Source: an uncultured Verrucomicrobiota bacterium
GTDB taxonomy: Bacteria; Verrucomicrobiota; Verrucomicrobiia; Limisphaerales; UBA8199
Length of the DNA stretch: 64,000 nucleotides
Assembly (NCBI GenBank): GCA_964653485.1
Contig: CAZZFF010000013.1
Coordinates: 1,589-65,588 of the forward strand
Direction of reading: 5' to 3'
Part shown: piece after piece, positions 9,101 to 18,607 of the stretch
Numbering within the stretch: the first letter of the stretch is position 1
How the letters are laid out: each line of letters begins with the position of its first letter
The notes under the pieces: model-generated
The model's database searches: none
Told to the model about the DNA's origin: nothing
The model's input: the letters and a program-made list of their open reading frames with translations, nothing else
Position numbers and translations under genes: made by a program

Positions 9101-11834
9101 GCGTGAAGGACGCCCATGGCGGGATCGCGAGGTGCTGGCTGTCCACCCCCACCACGCGTCCAAAGCGCAGACTGGCGGCGGTGGCGTCGCCGTTGACGGT
9201 CACCGTGTAATCGCCCGGCGCATTGATCGCCACGGAGTCGGTCGGCAAGGGCACGCGCTGCGGCGTCCAGTTGGCCTCATCAAACCAGTTCCCGCTCGAT
9301 GGGTATTGCCAATATATCGTGGGGGGCGTGCCGGGGTCGTAAAACACGGTGATGGCGTTGGTCACTGCGTCGCCAAACCCGTCCACCGCGCGCGCCGCAA
9401 TGGTGTACTGCTTCTCCCTGAGGAGATCGCGGGCATCCGGGCCGATGGGATAAAACTCCGTGACCTCGGACGGGTGCGCCGGGTAGTCGGTGCCGAGCCA
9501 GGTGGGCGTGGTGCTCCACGCGGTGCCGCTCCAATACCAGCGCGTGGGCGGGCCGCCCTCGGAGGCGCCGCCATCCCAGTAGATAGCCAGATCGACGCGC
9601 TGGATCCCCAAGCCGGTGTCCTCTGTGGCGAACGCGGTGAAGGTGTTCGTCAGCGTGTTCACGATGGAGTTATTCGCGAGGCTAAGGCTGACGCGGGGCA
9701 CGTGCGCCGCAGTCATGGTCATCCGGATCTCCGTTGGAATGGCGGAGGCGTCTATGACGCGGACGATGAAGGTGTGGTCGCCATCGGACAGGTCCGCTCC
9801 GCTCGGCAGGCCGGTCACGAATGCCAGCGTCATGCCGTCCTGCTGAGAGCTCTGCACGTCGTAGTTGCTCGAGAGCACGTTCGTATCCCACTGCTGCGCA
9901 GCAAAGTCCCACCACAGTCCATCGGATGCTCGGCTGATGTAGAGCTGGACCTGGTTGAGCGGCGCGCCGCTCGCGCCCGGGGACGCACTGATGACGACCG
10001 GGTTCTGCGCATCGAGCTCAGAGAATTGGGCGCCGTCGATGGGCGGAACGACCCCACCGATGTTGACCCAGTCCGCCAGCGGCCCGCTGTTGGGGCTCCG
10101 CGTGTAAATGTCGGCCGTCATCACGGGGCCGGGGTCGGAGATGTTGCTCACGGTCACGTAGGTGTTGATGCCGGGGTTGAGGCCCTTGTTGTAGGCGGAG
10201 CTGTTGGGCGCGGTATTGGTGCCGAAGACCCGGTTGCCCGTGGAGCCGGGGAAGGGGTCGCCGGCGTCCCCAACGTTCTGCCTGGCCTGCACGGCGAAGT
10301 TGGTGCCCGCGTTGGTGATGCTCAGTTGCCAAAGGTTATCGGCCTGCATCAGCGCGACGTGATAGTTACCGCTGTTGGTGCTGGGGGGCGCCCCGCCCGC
10401 GCTGATAGGGTACCACGTGTGCGTGTTATCGGAGTTGTCGTTGTTGACGCCTTTGGTGTCGTCGATGTGCCAAATGAGCAGGCCGCTGGCCGGCAAGGCC
10501 GAGTCGAAATTGGTCCAGTAGCGGTTCTCCACAAGGAAATACTCGGAGGCGCTGAGCCCGTCCTTCCACAGGCGGGCCGCAAAGGGCGCGACGGCGGACG
10601 CCGGGAACTGGACCCCCTTGTAATCGAGGGTGTAGTCGACGGGGGTGATCCAGCCCAGCTTGGCCTTGGACCAAGCATCAAAGTGCGCGGGGCAATCCCC
10701 CGGGCGCCCCCCGGCCCCGTAATTCCAAGTGCCGCCACCCATCACGCTCCAAGCGCCGACCCCGGCGGAGGCGTAGGTGGTGTCATAGAGGTCGGGCAGC
10801 CCCAGGGCATGGCCGTACTCGTGGCAGAATACGCCGACGGTGCTAGGGCCGGTGACGCCGTTGATTGCCAGGATCTCCGGCTCGAGGATGTAGTCGTCAA
10901 TCAGCACACCCCCGGGCGCGAGGATGGGCTGCAGGCCGTCATTGGACAGGCTGCCCCGGTGGGACCAGATCGCATTAGGCCCGCCGCCTGCCTCTTCCCC
11001 CCGCCCTGCGTGGACCACGCTCACGACCGGCACCTTGCCGCTACCCGACTGATCGTATGGGGCGAAGTTGTAGCCGGCGGCGATGGCGGCCTGGATCGCA
11101 TCATATACGAATTGCGCGGCGGGGCCGCCGAGGTTCGCCTTGTTGGGCGGCGAGGGACTGGGGTTCGGCGCGTAAAAGGCCGCCGTGTGGGCGACGGAGA
11201 CCCAATCCTGAACACCGCTAGGCCCGGGGACCACGGTGAACTTGCCGTAGGAAACCTCGCTGTAGAAGGTGGCCATCGATCGCACCCCGGCGCCGGTTGC
11301 GAAGAGCTTGTTGCTGATGGTGCTCGATGACACCGTGTGCGTCACATCGGAGAAGTCGGCGAAAACGATCGGCAGGTAGGCGGTGCCGCGGCTGACAACA
11401 ACCTTGGCGCGCGTCGGTTGGCTGGCATAGGACGACCAGACCGGGTGGTTAGCGATCTGCGCCTGGGAAGGGCTGGGCCGCCAAGCCGGGGCAGGGGGGG
11501 CGCCAACGCCAACCCGCTGCATACTCAGTTGCGGAGCCCCCGGGGCGCCGGGCAGCAGGTACACCCAGAAGCCGGTAACGGCATCTAAAGCCACCGGGCG
11601 GCCGTCCTGGGTCTCATACCAGTGAAACCACTCGTCGCCGCGGACTCGCAAGAGAAGGTCCTGGCCGTCAGGTTGGGAGAAATGAAACAGGCTCGGGGCC
11701 GCAGGACCGGCGAAAAGACAAAGGGGGCTCAGCAACGCAACTAACGCGAGAACAAGGCATCCCAATCGCTCAATGCGCGGTTCTGACCCTCCAAAGGGAT
11801 GAGTGGACGGGAAGAGGACAGGAACATCGTTCAT
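6171..11834 (-). CDS. Giant secreted M6-family (immune inhibitor A-like) metalloprotease with C-terminal tandem beta-strand repeat region
   Basis: 1887-aa ORF with a signal peptide (LVLALVALLSPLCLFAGPAAP). The zinc motif HEYGHALGLPDLYD (DNA about 10784-10825) is typical of the M6 domain. Four ~207-aa Gly/Asn/Thr-rich repeats (NNGTF...GG...) resemble autotransporter-passenger-type repeats. Confidence 0.9.
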   Translation of the reverse strand: MNDVPVLFPSTHPFGGSEPRIERLGCLVLALVALLSPLCLFAGPAAPSLFHFSQPDGQDLLLRVRGDEWFHWYETQDGRPVALDAVTGFWVYLLPGAPGAPQLSMQRVGVGAPPAPAWRPSPSQAQIANHPVWSSYASQPTRAKVVVSRGTAYLPIVFADFSDVTHTVSSSTISNKLFATGAGVRSMATFYSEVSYGKFTVVPGPSGVQDWVSVAHTAAFYAPNPSPSPPNKANLGGPAAQFVYDAIQAAIAAGYNFAPYDQSGSGKVPVVSVVHAGRGEEAGGGPNAIWSHRGSLSNDGLQPILAPGGVLIDDYILEPEILAINGVTGPSTVGVFCHEYGHALGLPDLYDTTYASAGVGAWSVMGGGTWNYGAGGRPGDCPAHFDAWSKAKLGWITPVDYTLDYKGVQFPASAVAPFAARLWKDGLSASEYFLVENRYWTNFDSALPASGLLIWHIDDTKGVNNDNSDNTHTWYPISAGGAPPSTNSGNYHVALMQADNLWQLSITNAGTNFAVQARQNVGDAGDPFPGSTGNRVFGTNTAPNSSAYNKGLNPGINTYVTVSNISDPGPVMTADIYTRSPNSGPLADWVNIGGVVPPIDGAQFSELDAQNPVVISASPGASGAPLNQVQLYISRASDGLWWDFAAQQWDTNVLSSNYDVQSSQQDGMTLAFVTGLPSGADLSDGDHTFIVRVIDASAIPTEIRMTMTAAHVPRVSLSLANNSIVNTLTNTFTAFATEDTGLGIQRVDLAIYWDGGASEGGPPTRWYWSGTAWSTTPTWLGTDYPAHPSEVTEFYPIGPDARDLLREKQYTIAARAVDGFGDAVTNAITVFYDPGTPPTIYWQYPSSGNWFDEANWTPQRVPLPTDSVAINAPGDYTVTVNGDATAASLRFGRVVGVDSQHLAIPPWASFTLSGADTNRIYANGTLDLAGTLTANTVQFSTGSTWNWTNGTITGQYGVPAGAVLNLSGDSTKALVSAAVTSAGPATWSGAGNLWFGGDTGSTLINNGTFTVLNDSQVFLSQYGASVFVNNGTFVKAGGTSSITNSSFVLDNGGVAFNNNGTLSVQTGVLTLGGGGAGTNGTYLVAPASRIEWAANGFLLNGDTTFGGAGTCLVNGATVTLGGGANTLNSGSSFGVGSGVLAGRGAFAGSGAFDWTGGTIGATISLPATVSFNISGDSTKALVSASVTSAGPATWSGAGNLWFGGDTGSTLINNGTFTVLNDSQVFLSQYGASVFVNNGTFVKAGGTSSITNSSFVLDNGGVAFNNNGTLSVQTGILTFGGGGAGTNGIFAAASGARAEFVSGGFLLGGSNVFSGTGLTRVNGATVVLGGGASTLDAGGTLEVASGVLAGSSAFLGSGTFNWTGGTISATLSLPANVSFNLNGDRVKSLDSAVVTSAGPATWNGAGDLWFGGTNGSTLVNNGTFTVLNDSQVFLSQYGASVFVNDGTFVKAGGTSSITNTSFLPDNGGVAFNNNGTFNVQSGVVTFGGGGSGSNGTFAAASGARAEFVTGSFFLNGNTVFSGAGATRLNGAMVSLGGGLTALSGNFEVAAGTLAGSGTFTGAGAFNWTGGSISASLDLPATLALNLSGASDKTLSNGTISSAGPVVWSGAGNLAFAYGGIWNNKGSFTAWTDAHAVVTGYGTNMFVNNGTFTKAGGANTSFLADNNGVPFSNNGTVDLRSGVLVLAGGYTFSPTSKLKLVVEAPGKGTQLTVSGAAALAGTLIVSMASGFSPTNGTSFILVNYDSTGSQFSAQQLPALPQELVWQVDYDTKALELSVAQGPAALAPGVSGTATNQTFQFDIVGPPADAAVVHATVDISSTNLQAWLPIFTNSPFNGSATFSEVMPRIPPRFRGYRVEFRGVASDVVPGVLLIRRDPVTVLPRPHPASP
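6780..8945 (-). repeat. Intragenic tandem repeat, period 621 bp (about 3.5 units)
   Basis: 8032-8318 and 8653-8939 differ at only about 4 positions, and 8032-8276 vs 8653-8897 has a single mismatch. Further, more diverged units lie around 7410-8030 and 6780-7400. Confidence 0.85.
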
Positions 11835-12371
11835 AGTAATTTGTGAATCCGGCTTCTGAGTTGGAGATCAACCCCAAAGCAATCACACGAGAGCGTCCAC
11901 ACTGTGGAACGCTGCCGGAAGAATGTCTAATAGGGCGAATCACGATTCAATATAGACCGGAGCTCACTCGTGTCAAATGACCGCTGCCGGGGTTGCCGCA
12001 GACGAACGGGTCGAGCGGACCTGAAACCGCGCAGGTGAAGCGGGCGCCGAATAAGCGGTTTTCCATCAAGCGCAAACCAATATCGCCGCCGCCACGACCG
12101 CCGAGGGCGAGGCAGAGCCCGCACGCATTACCAAGATGAGACAAGCGATGAACAACAAAAGTGGCCTAATCCAGGTGAAGATGGCGATAGCCTATCATTT
12201 GCGCGGCAGACGAATCGTCATGATCCCCTTGGGCAGCGCCAGCGCGTTCAGCCTGCAAACCCTGGACATCAACGATATCCTCCGCCAGACGGGCCTCATA
12301 AAGGCCAAGCAACGGGAATCGCTTCTTTTGGGGCGGCGACCCGCAGTGCTCCGTACCGTGTATTCTCACAG

Positions 12372-14282
12372 CTATTGACAGCCCGGGCTAACGCTCCACC
12401 TCCTCAGCGCGTGCTTCAACGTCTTATCGGTCGGGTTCATCTTGACGGCTTGCCGGAGCTCGAGCAGCGCGCGCCTCTGGTCGCCAGACTTGGCCAGTGC
12501 CGCGGCTAACTGCACGCTGAATGGGGGATGACCTGGAAACGCCCGAGTCAGGTATTGCAGGTGCTCGATGGCTTCCTGGTATCGTTGCGACTCCTGACAG
12601 AGCCAGGCCAGGTTGAAACGCGCCGGCCAGTAGTCGGGTTCGAGGCTGACTACGGTCCGATACGTCCCGAGGCAGGTTTCGGCGTGTTGGGTTGTGAAGA
12701 CCTCTTGGCGGGCCTGAATCGCAGTTTCCGCCGCGCGCTGACGCGCCGCGTGATCCAGTTGGTCCAGGAAGGGAGGCCGCGCGGTCAACCGCGCCATAGC
12801 TGACGCCACGCTCAGATCGTCATAGCTGGTATAAGGCACGGTCTGAAGGCAATCCTCATACGTTGGAATGCCGCCGCGCGCCCGGCAACCGAGTGACTGC
12901 TCCAGAATCGGCGCCAGGCGCTCGTAAACCGTTCGCGCCAACACGTACGCGCCCGCGAATGTCGGGTGAACATGGTCGTTAAAGAGCCGTCCTCCGGGAA
13001 CTCCGGCGTCGCTCAGAGGGCTCTCGGAGAACGCCCGCTCAACATCCGCCAGGACCACCCCTCGCCCCTCCCAGCGAGCGGCAAGGTCGCGGATGCCGCG
13101 GTTGATCGCCGAGTCCGCGCGAAACTGTGTGGCGTCCCAATCCCTCGCCGACTCGTATCGGGCCCGCGCGCGCGCCGCCTCTCCCGCTCGCGAATAACAT
13201 CGGCCAAGACGAAACTGCAATTCCGCGAAATGATCATCAATCTTCGCGGCCGATTCGTAGGCCTCGATCGCCTCGGGAAACCGCCCGTCTGCCTCCCGCT
13301 GGATTCCCACCTCGAAGGCCCGCTCCCATTGCCCTTGCTCGGCCGTAGTTAGGTCGCTTCGGTGGAGTGACCCTAATGGCGGGCAGTCCCCAAGATTCAC
13401 CGCCACCGTTCCCAGGATCACCTTCGCCCCATGGGAAGTGGCCGCACGGCAGGTGTCTTCCAGGTTGGCTCGGAAATTCCCGGCGATGGCCTCGCGCCGC
13501 CAATCATCGGCCCGCAGGCGGTGTTTGCGGAAAAAGGCCATGTCCTGGGGCTTGTCCTCCTCGATCGATGGGCAAAGCCGGCTTTCCACGCCGTCGAGCC
13601 ACTGTCCCAAGCGGCATGACCCCAGCCATCGTATCACGCGAATGAAGGTTAGAGATTGACTCCACCGCGGGGAATCCGGGTCCGGAGCGTGAAATCCAAC
13701 CACCTCGTTATTGCCCATGTACACCACGAAATAATCGACCTCGTGCCGCGCGCATTCCTTGGCGATTAACCGTATGATGTGGGAGTTGATGCCGCGCATC
13801 GCGGCGTTAATCACCTCGAATCGCCGCTCTGGAAAGTTGCGGCGCATGGCGATCTCCAGGATTCGTCCGAAGCCGAAGGCCGGGTCGGGGGTGCCCATCG
13901 CGGCCGATTCTCCCAGCACACAAACCCGTATGGTCCCAGGCGCCTTCCTGGACGCGAGGGTGAAGAGGAATGGCCTCAGTGCGGTACTGCTCGAATAGAA
14001 CTGCCAAGCGAACCTCGAGTTGCTGATGAGCTGGCCGGGCGGCTTCGCTGGGATGAGGAACGCCGTCGGAGACCCATAGCCACAGAGCCGCAGACCTCCC
14101 TCCGCGAGCGAGAAAGCCACCACGGGTGAGACCGTGAGCAACACCGCGCGCTTCAACCATTCTCCCCACCCTCCGCTTGCGACTCGATGCGGAATTGAGA
14201 CGGGCTCCGCCCTCCCGGAAGCGTACCCCACCGCCGACGCTTCCGCCCGCGCCCGCCGCATGCGAATTGGGTAGTCGCTCAT
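12372..14282 (-). CDS. SGNH/GDSL-like hydrolase domain plus TPR repeat protein
   Basis: ORF 12372..14333 starts at GTG; the ATG at 14282 is used here. It has one TM/signal segment. VCVLGESAAMG and VVYMGNNE resemble SGNH blocks I and III. C-terminal TPR-like repeats are present (AIEAYESAAKIDDHFAELQFRLGRCY...). Confidence 0.8.
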   Translation of the reverse strand: MSDYPIRMRRARAEASAVGYASGRAEPVSIPHRVASGGWGEWLKRAVLLTVSPVVAFSLAEGGLRLCGYGSPTAFLIPAKPPGQLISNSRFAWQFYSSSTALRPFLFTLASRKAPGTIRVCVLGESAAMGTPDPAFGFGRILEIAMRRNFPERRFEVINAAMRGINSHIIRLIAKECARHEVDYFVVYMGNNEVVGFHAPDPDSPRWSQSLTFIRVIRWLGSCRLGQWLDGVESRLCPSIEEDKPQDMAFFRKHRLRADDWRREAIAGNFRANLEDTCRAATSHGAKVILGTVAVNLGDCPPLGSLHRSDLTTAEQGQWERAFEVGIQREADGRFPEAIEAYESAAKIDDHFAELQFRLGRCYSRAGEAARARARYESARDWDATQFRADSAINRGIRDLAARWEGRGVVLADVERAFSESPLSDAGVPGGRLFNDHVHPTFAGAYVLARTVYERLAPILEQSLGCRARGGIPTYEDCLQTVPYTSYDDLSVASAMARLTARPPFLDQLDHAARQRAAETAIQARQEVFTTQHAETCLGTYRTVVSLEPDYWPARFNLAWLCQESQRYQEAIEHLQYLTRAFPGHPPFSVQLAAALAKSGDQRRALLELRQAVKMNPTDKTLKHALRRWSVSPGCQ

Positions 14283-14535
14283 GCGATAGATCACACTCGT
14301 GCTTATGCGCGGGGGCGCACATGCGCACGCCACGCCGCACGGGGTTTCAGTGAATTGCCGCGACTATGGACAAGGCGCCCTAGGAGGTCAAGCGAAAAGT
14401 CAAACCACAACCCCTTGTTTAGTGCTCATCCGAGTTCCCATGCGCGGTTTGTCCTATCTCCAACCCAGGTGTTTGTGTGCGATCAAACTCGAGTATGACG
14501 CCTCCTCGGTGGTCATCGCAAGACCTCCAACGAGC

Positions 14536-15183
14536 CTAAAACGCCCTGAAGGTTTCAGGCACTTTTGCCGCCTCATCCTGCCCCAGCGTGTCGAGGAACC
14601 CAATCCAGCGCGGCGGCAGGGCAAAAACGAACTGTGCGTTCTCTCCGAGTTTGCCCGGACCGATGGGAGCCGCGCTCACAGCGAGGTGCTCCTGCTCCAC
14701 AAGCGCCCACTCCTCATGCGTAAACACCATTACCGGAAGGTCCTGCCACGGCGCGTCTGCTGTCCACTGTGGGTGCCGAAGAAGAAACTCCGGCCCCGCG
14801 TAAGTCCCCGTCGTCTCGCCCTGCTCGTCCTGTGTCCGCCCCTGCCATGTCCCCGCGACCACCGAGTATCCCTTCCAGTCGGACGGAAAAGTCATTCCGA
14901 ATCCATATTGTTCGTTTCGGTATTCGACGGCGCCGCCGATCCCGCCACGCTCTTGAGGCTGAGCCCTCGGTTCGGTGTTCTCCTGCTCAAGTTGGCGCAA
15001 TCTCACCCCCTGACCGCGCACCCGCATCAACTCGCCTCCGTCCGTCTGCAAGGCTTCAACAGGGGTGCGAAGGTCGGCGTTTTCCTCCACCAGTCCCGTC
15101 ATCTGCCGCTGCAACAGGAAGAGCGTGGCAATGCTGAGCAACATCACCACCAGCGCTCCGATTCTCAGCTTTGCGGTTGTCAT
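14536..15183 (-). CDS. Membrane-anchored hypothetical protein
   Basis: 215-aa ORF with an N-terminal TM helix (LRIGALVVMLLSIATLFLL), then a coiled-coil-like segment and a globular C-terminus. The overlapping + strand ORF 14299..15234 has junk-like composition. Confidence 0.65.
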   Translation of the reverse strand: MTTAKLRIGALVVMLLSIATLFLLQRQMTGLVEENADLRTPVEALQTDGGELMRVRGQGVRLRQLEQENTEPRAQPQERGGIGGAVEYRNEQYGFGMTFPSDWKGYSVVAGTWQGRTQDEQGETTGTYAGPEFLLRHPQWTADAPWQDLPVMVFTHEEWALVEQEHLAVSAAPIGPGKLGENAQFVFALPPRWIGFLDTLGQDEAAKVPETFRAF

Positions 15184-15288
15184 GCTTCAAGAGTGCTCTG
15201 GCCGCAGTCGCGATGCGGCCTGCTCTCAGGTTGAATCATGCAGGTCCACCGCGCAACCCGATTGGTGCCGCGCTTCATCGGCGGCGAG

Positions 15289-16707
15289 TCAACCCGCGTT
15301 GAGTTCCCAACCCGCGCGGCATTGGCGCTTCACGCAGCGGTTCAACTCCGGCAGATTCGGGCAGCGTAGGTTGGCGCTGTCCCACTCCACTTTCGCGCCT
15401 GGACCGGCCTTAATGGCCAGGTGTCCGAGCAGGAGGAACTCGGTGATGGCCGAGGCGTAGCTGAAGTCGGCGCAGGTGGGTTTCCCTTCCTTGCAGCTTT
15501 GGATGAAATGACCGAAATGCGGGCCCTTGATCCGCGGGATGCGCGGCTCCGGCACGGGAAATGCCCGGTGCGCCGCTTCCGGCCACAGCCGCGGTCTTTG
15601 ACCGTAACACCCGGTATGCATCACGCCCTTGGTTCCGATATAGAGCGTGCCGCCATCCCAGCCTTCGTGGAAGTCCCATTCGTACTTCTTCTCGAATTCG
15701 GCCAGCATCGGCGGGTAGTTGGGCGCCTGAATGGAACCTCTGCGGTCTTTGGCGGCGTCGGCGGGCGGGAGCTTGCCGCCGTCGTACCAGTACGCCTGAA
15801 ACGCAGGCAGGCCCTGACGGGCCGGGATATTCCAGCGGATGACGCTGGCCTGCGGGTATTTCTCGTCGCCGCCACCAATGGTCCCGAGGCATTCGATGCT
15901 GCTCGGCTGACCGGGTTTGAGGGCCCAGAATACGCCATCGAGGTTGTGGCAGCCCCAGTCCCCCAGCCCGCCGGTGCCGAACTCCCAATAGTACCGCCAG
16001 TAAGCCGGGTGCAGGCCCTCATGATATTGACGGTCGGGCGCCGGCCCCAACCACTGGTCCCAGTGCAGGCCGGCCGGCACCGGTTTGGCCGGCGGACGTC
16101 CTCCCGCGCCGCCGTTGACAAACCCGCTCCAACTGTGGGTTTCGACCACATCGCCGACGGCTCCCGCCCATAGGTACTCGCAGAGCCGGCGGTAGCCCTC
16201 GTCGCAGTGGCCCTGGTTGCCCATCATGGTCCTGACCTTGCGTTCGCCCGCCGCCTTGGCCAGGGCGCGGGTCTGCCATAGGTCGTGGCAGAGGGGCTTC
16301 TCGCAAAATACGTGCTTGCCGAGTTGGAGGGCCCGCATGGAGGCCGGGGCATGATGATGGTCGGGAGTGGCCACAAAGACCGCATCAATCTCCCCGTGCA
16401 TCGCGTCGAACATCCGGCGGTAGTCGGAGAATGCCCTGGGCTTGGCTCCGCGCTCGGCCGCCTTTTTGGTGGCAGCTTCCAGGCGCGCGTCGTCCACGTC
16501 CACGATTGCCACCAGCCTTTCGCCCAGGGCTGCCGCCAAGCTCTCCTCGCCTCGGCCCCCGCAGCCGATCACGGCGGTCGCGAGCCTCGAATTGGGCGAG
16601 GAATCGGCCAGGAGCGACGGCGCCGAAAACAGCCGCGAGGCCCCCACCAGGCCCGCGCCGGCCACCATGTTTTTCAGCCACCACCGTCTGCTGGATCGGT
16701 TTCTCAT
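15289..16707 (-). CDS. Gfo/Idh/MocA family oxidoreductase with twin-arginine signal
   Basis: Internal ATG at 16707 gives MRNRSSRRWWLKNMVAGAGLVGAS (TAT-like RRxW). The Rossmann start is LATAVIGCGGRG and the family core includes VFCEKPL. Confidence 0.9.
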   Translation of the reverse strand: MRNRSSRRWWLKNMVAGAGLVGASRLFSAPSLLADSSPNSRLATAVIGCGGRGEESLAAALGERLVAIVDVDDARLEAATKKAAERGAKPRAFSDYRRMFDAMHGEIDAVFVATPDHHHAPASMRALQLGKHVFCEKPLCHDLWQTRALAKAAGERKVRTMMGNQGHCDEGYRRLCEYLWAGAVGDVVETHSWSGFVNGGAGGRPPAKPVPAGLHWDQWLGPAPDRQYHEGLHPAYWRYYWEFGTGGLGDWGCHNLDGVFWALKPGQPSSIECLGTIGGGDEKYPQASVIRWNIPARQGLPAFQAYWYDGGKLPPADAAKDRRGSIQAPNYPPMLAEFEKKYEWDFHEGWDGGTLYIGTKGVMHTGCYGQRPRLWPEAAHRAFPVPEPRIPRIKGPHFGHFIQSCKEGKPTCADFSYASAITEFLLLGHLAIKAGPGAKVEWDSANLRCPNLPELNRCVKRQCRAGWELNAG

Positions 16708-17077
16708 ACTCTCGAGGTTTGTTGTTTGCAAATCGTTCGGGCTGTCGCCGTCATCTGGCGGGAGCTTATAGCACGAGCAAGCAGTGCTGGCCAAGCGGTG
16801 AATTCCCGGCGATGATGACCGCCCGGTATGGACATGAATTCGACTCCGCTCGCGCGCATCCTCTCACTGCGATACATTGCACTTTCTTGGGTGGCCTCAG
16901 TTAATTGTCCTTAACATTCGTTAACAAGACACGCTGTGAGTTGGGTGGTTTAATCTCGGGTGTGAAAGAGTGATGATGGGTCGCCGCCGAAGATGTCCGC
17001 CGGCGTGCCGCCTTGCCGGAACGCGGAAACTCTTCCCCCATCAGCCAGAGGGACCGCAAATCGTCAAGTTCAGCGAA

Positions 17078-18133
17078 ATGAAAACAAATGTTCTAAGAAT
17101 CGGGATTGTGATTGCCTTGAATGCCGCCGCTTCGGCTGTGTTCAGTCAAACCGCCCTCACCTCAAACCCCTATCGTGTCCTCAAAACCACGCAGACCATG
17201 GGCACGGGCGGGATCGATTATGTCCATGCCGACAACGACAACCGGCGGCTCTACGTCCCACGGGGCGATCAGGTGCTGGTTTTTGACTTGGACAGCCTCA
17301 AGCCGGCCGGCGTGATTCCCAATGCGCGCGCCCGCGGCGTGGCGGTGGACCCCAAGGCCCGGCACGGCTTCTGTACCAGCAGTCCTGTCGTTATGTGGGA
17401 TGCCAAGACCCTGGAGACGATCAAGACCATTGCGGTGCAGGGGCGGCCCGATGGCATCGTCTTTGAGCCGATGACGGAACGGATATATGTCTTTAGCCAC
17501 AGCCAACCCAACGCGACGGTGATCGAGGGAAAAGACGGCTCGGTGGTGGGCACCATTGACCTGGGCGGTGCGCCCGAACAGGCCGCCAGCGACGGCCAGG
17601 GCCGCCTTTATGTGGCCATCGAGGACAAGGATAATATTGCGGTCGTCGACGTGAAAGCCCTGAAGGTGACAACGCACTACGACTTGGCCGGCAAGGGCGG
17701 CGGTCCTGCCGGCCTGGGTTTGGATGTGAAGAACCATATCCTGTTCGCGATGTGCCGTGACCCTCAAACATGCGTCGTGCTGGGTGCGGACGATGGAAAG
17801 GTCCTTGCCACCCTGCCAATCGGCCGAGGCACGGACGGGGGCGGGTTCAACCCCGGCACCATGGAAGCGTTCAGTTCGCAGGGCGATGGGACGTTGAGCA
17901 TTATCAAGGAAACCAGCCCAACCAGCTTCGAGGTGGCACAGACGGTGCAAACCAAGCCACGCGCCAAGACTTGCACGCTGGACACCAAGAACAATCAGAT
18001 TGTCTTGATCACCACGGAACCGGCTCCCGCTTCAGCCTCCGCAACAACTCCCGCGGTCAGTGGCGAGCAACCAGGTGGACGGCAACGCGGCGGAGGTCCG
18101 GGAATGCTCGATATTCTGGTTGTCGGACGGTGA
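17078..18133 (+). CDS. YncE/YVTN-type beta-propeller repeat protein, secreted
   Basis: ATG at 17078 gives MKTNVLRIGIVIALNAAASAVFS (signal peptide). Repeated ~40-aa units are present (RLYVPRGDQVLVFD, RIYVFSHSQPNATVIEG, RLYVAIEDKDNIAVVD). Confidence 0.85.
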   Translation: MKTNVLRIGIVIALNAAASAVFSQTALTSNPYRVLKTTQTMGTGGIDYVHADNDNRRLYVPRGDQVLVFDLDSLKPAGVIPNARARGVAVDPKARHGFCTSSPVVMWDAKTLETIKTIAVQGRPDGIVFEPMTERIYVFSHSQPNATVIEGKDGSVVGTIDLGGAPEQAASDGQGRLYVAIEDKDNIAVVDVKALKVTTHYDLAGKGGGPAGLGLDVKNHILFAMCRDPQTCVVLGADDGKVLATLPIGRGTDGGGFNPGTMEAFSSQGDGTLSIIKETSPTSFEVAQTVQTKPRAKTCTLDTKNNQIVLITTEPAPASASATTPAVSGEQPGGRQRGGGPGMLDILVVGR

Positions 18134-18200
18134 GCGACCAGGTCCAGGTTCCGGAGAACTGCGAATAGGGGAGAACACCGGTCCGCTCGAATTCATGCCG

Positions 18201-18329
18201 TTTTGGAGTGCGGTGGCAAGCGAAGCGCGACACCGCTTTGGTTCGGGCAGCGTCTGACGTGTCGGATGTCCCGCGCGGCCGAAATCCCGACTCGTCGGGA
18301 CGCTTCGCTCTGCCGGCGCACTCCAGAAT
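18201..18329. repeat. 129-bp element bounded by imperfect 27/28-nt inverted repeats
   Basis: TTTTGGAGTGCGGTGGCAAGCGAAGCG (18201-18227) matches the reverse complement of 18301-18328 (TTCTGGAGTGCGCCGGCAGAGCGAAGCG) at 24/28 positions. Internal palindrome TCCCGACTCGTCGGGA at 18285-18300. Confidence 0.6.
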
Positions 18330-18607
18330 ACCACTTTGTCCACCGCCCCGAAGGCCGCGCGGAGGCCCCGCGAAAAGACTGGTCAGCCGGTCCGCACGGG
18401 GAGTATAAGGGGCGCCGGCTGCTTTGTTGCTTGTGCATTCTGGTTCCGGAAACCGGCCTTTGACGGGGTGGCGGGAAGGGCATCGGACACAGGCAAGCTG
18501 GCGGGACAGCTTGCGATTCGGGAGCAAAGTCGCCGATGAAAGAACCACTCCTATCAAACATGCGAATTCCGGCAATTCCGTTCGTGAGGTTGTTGCGGCC
18601 ATTTTGG

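Noticed and set aside
12136-12378. 80-aa + strand ORF (and an overlapping 67-aa minus-strand ORF) in the 540-bp gap between the giant protease gene and the SGNH/TPR gene.
   Set aside because: The central part has coding-like third-position GC, but there is no recognisable motif and both strands are open. It overlaps the neighbouring stop. The evidence is insufficient; it may be a gene fragment.
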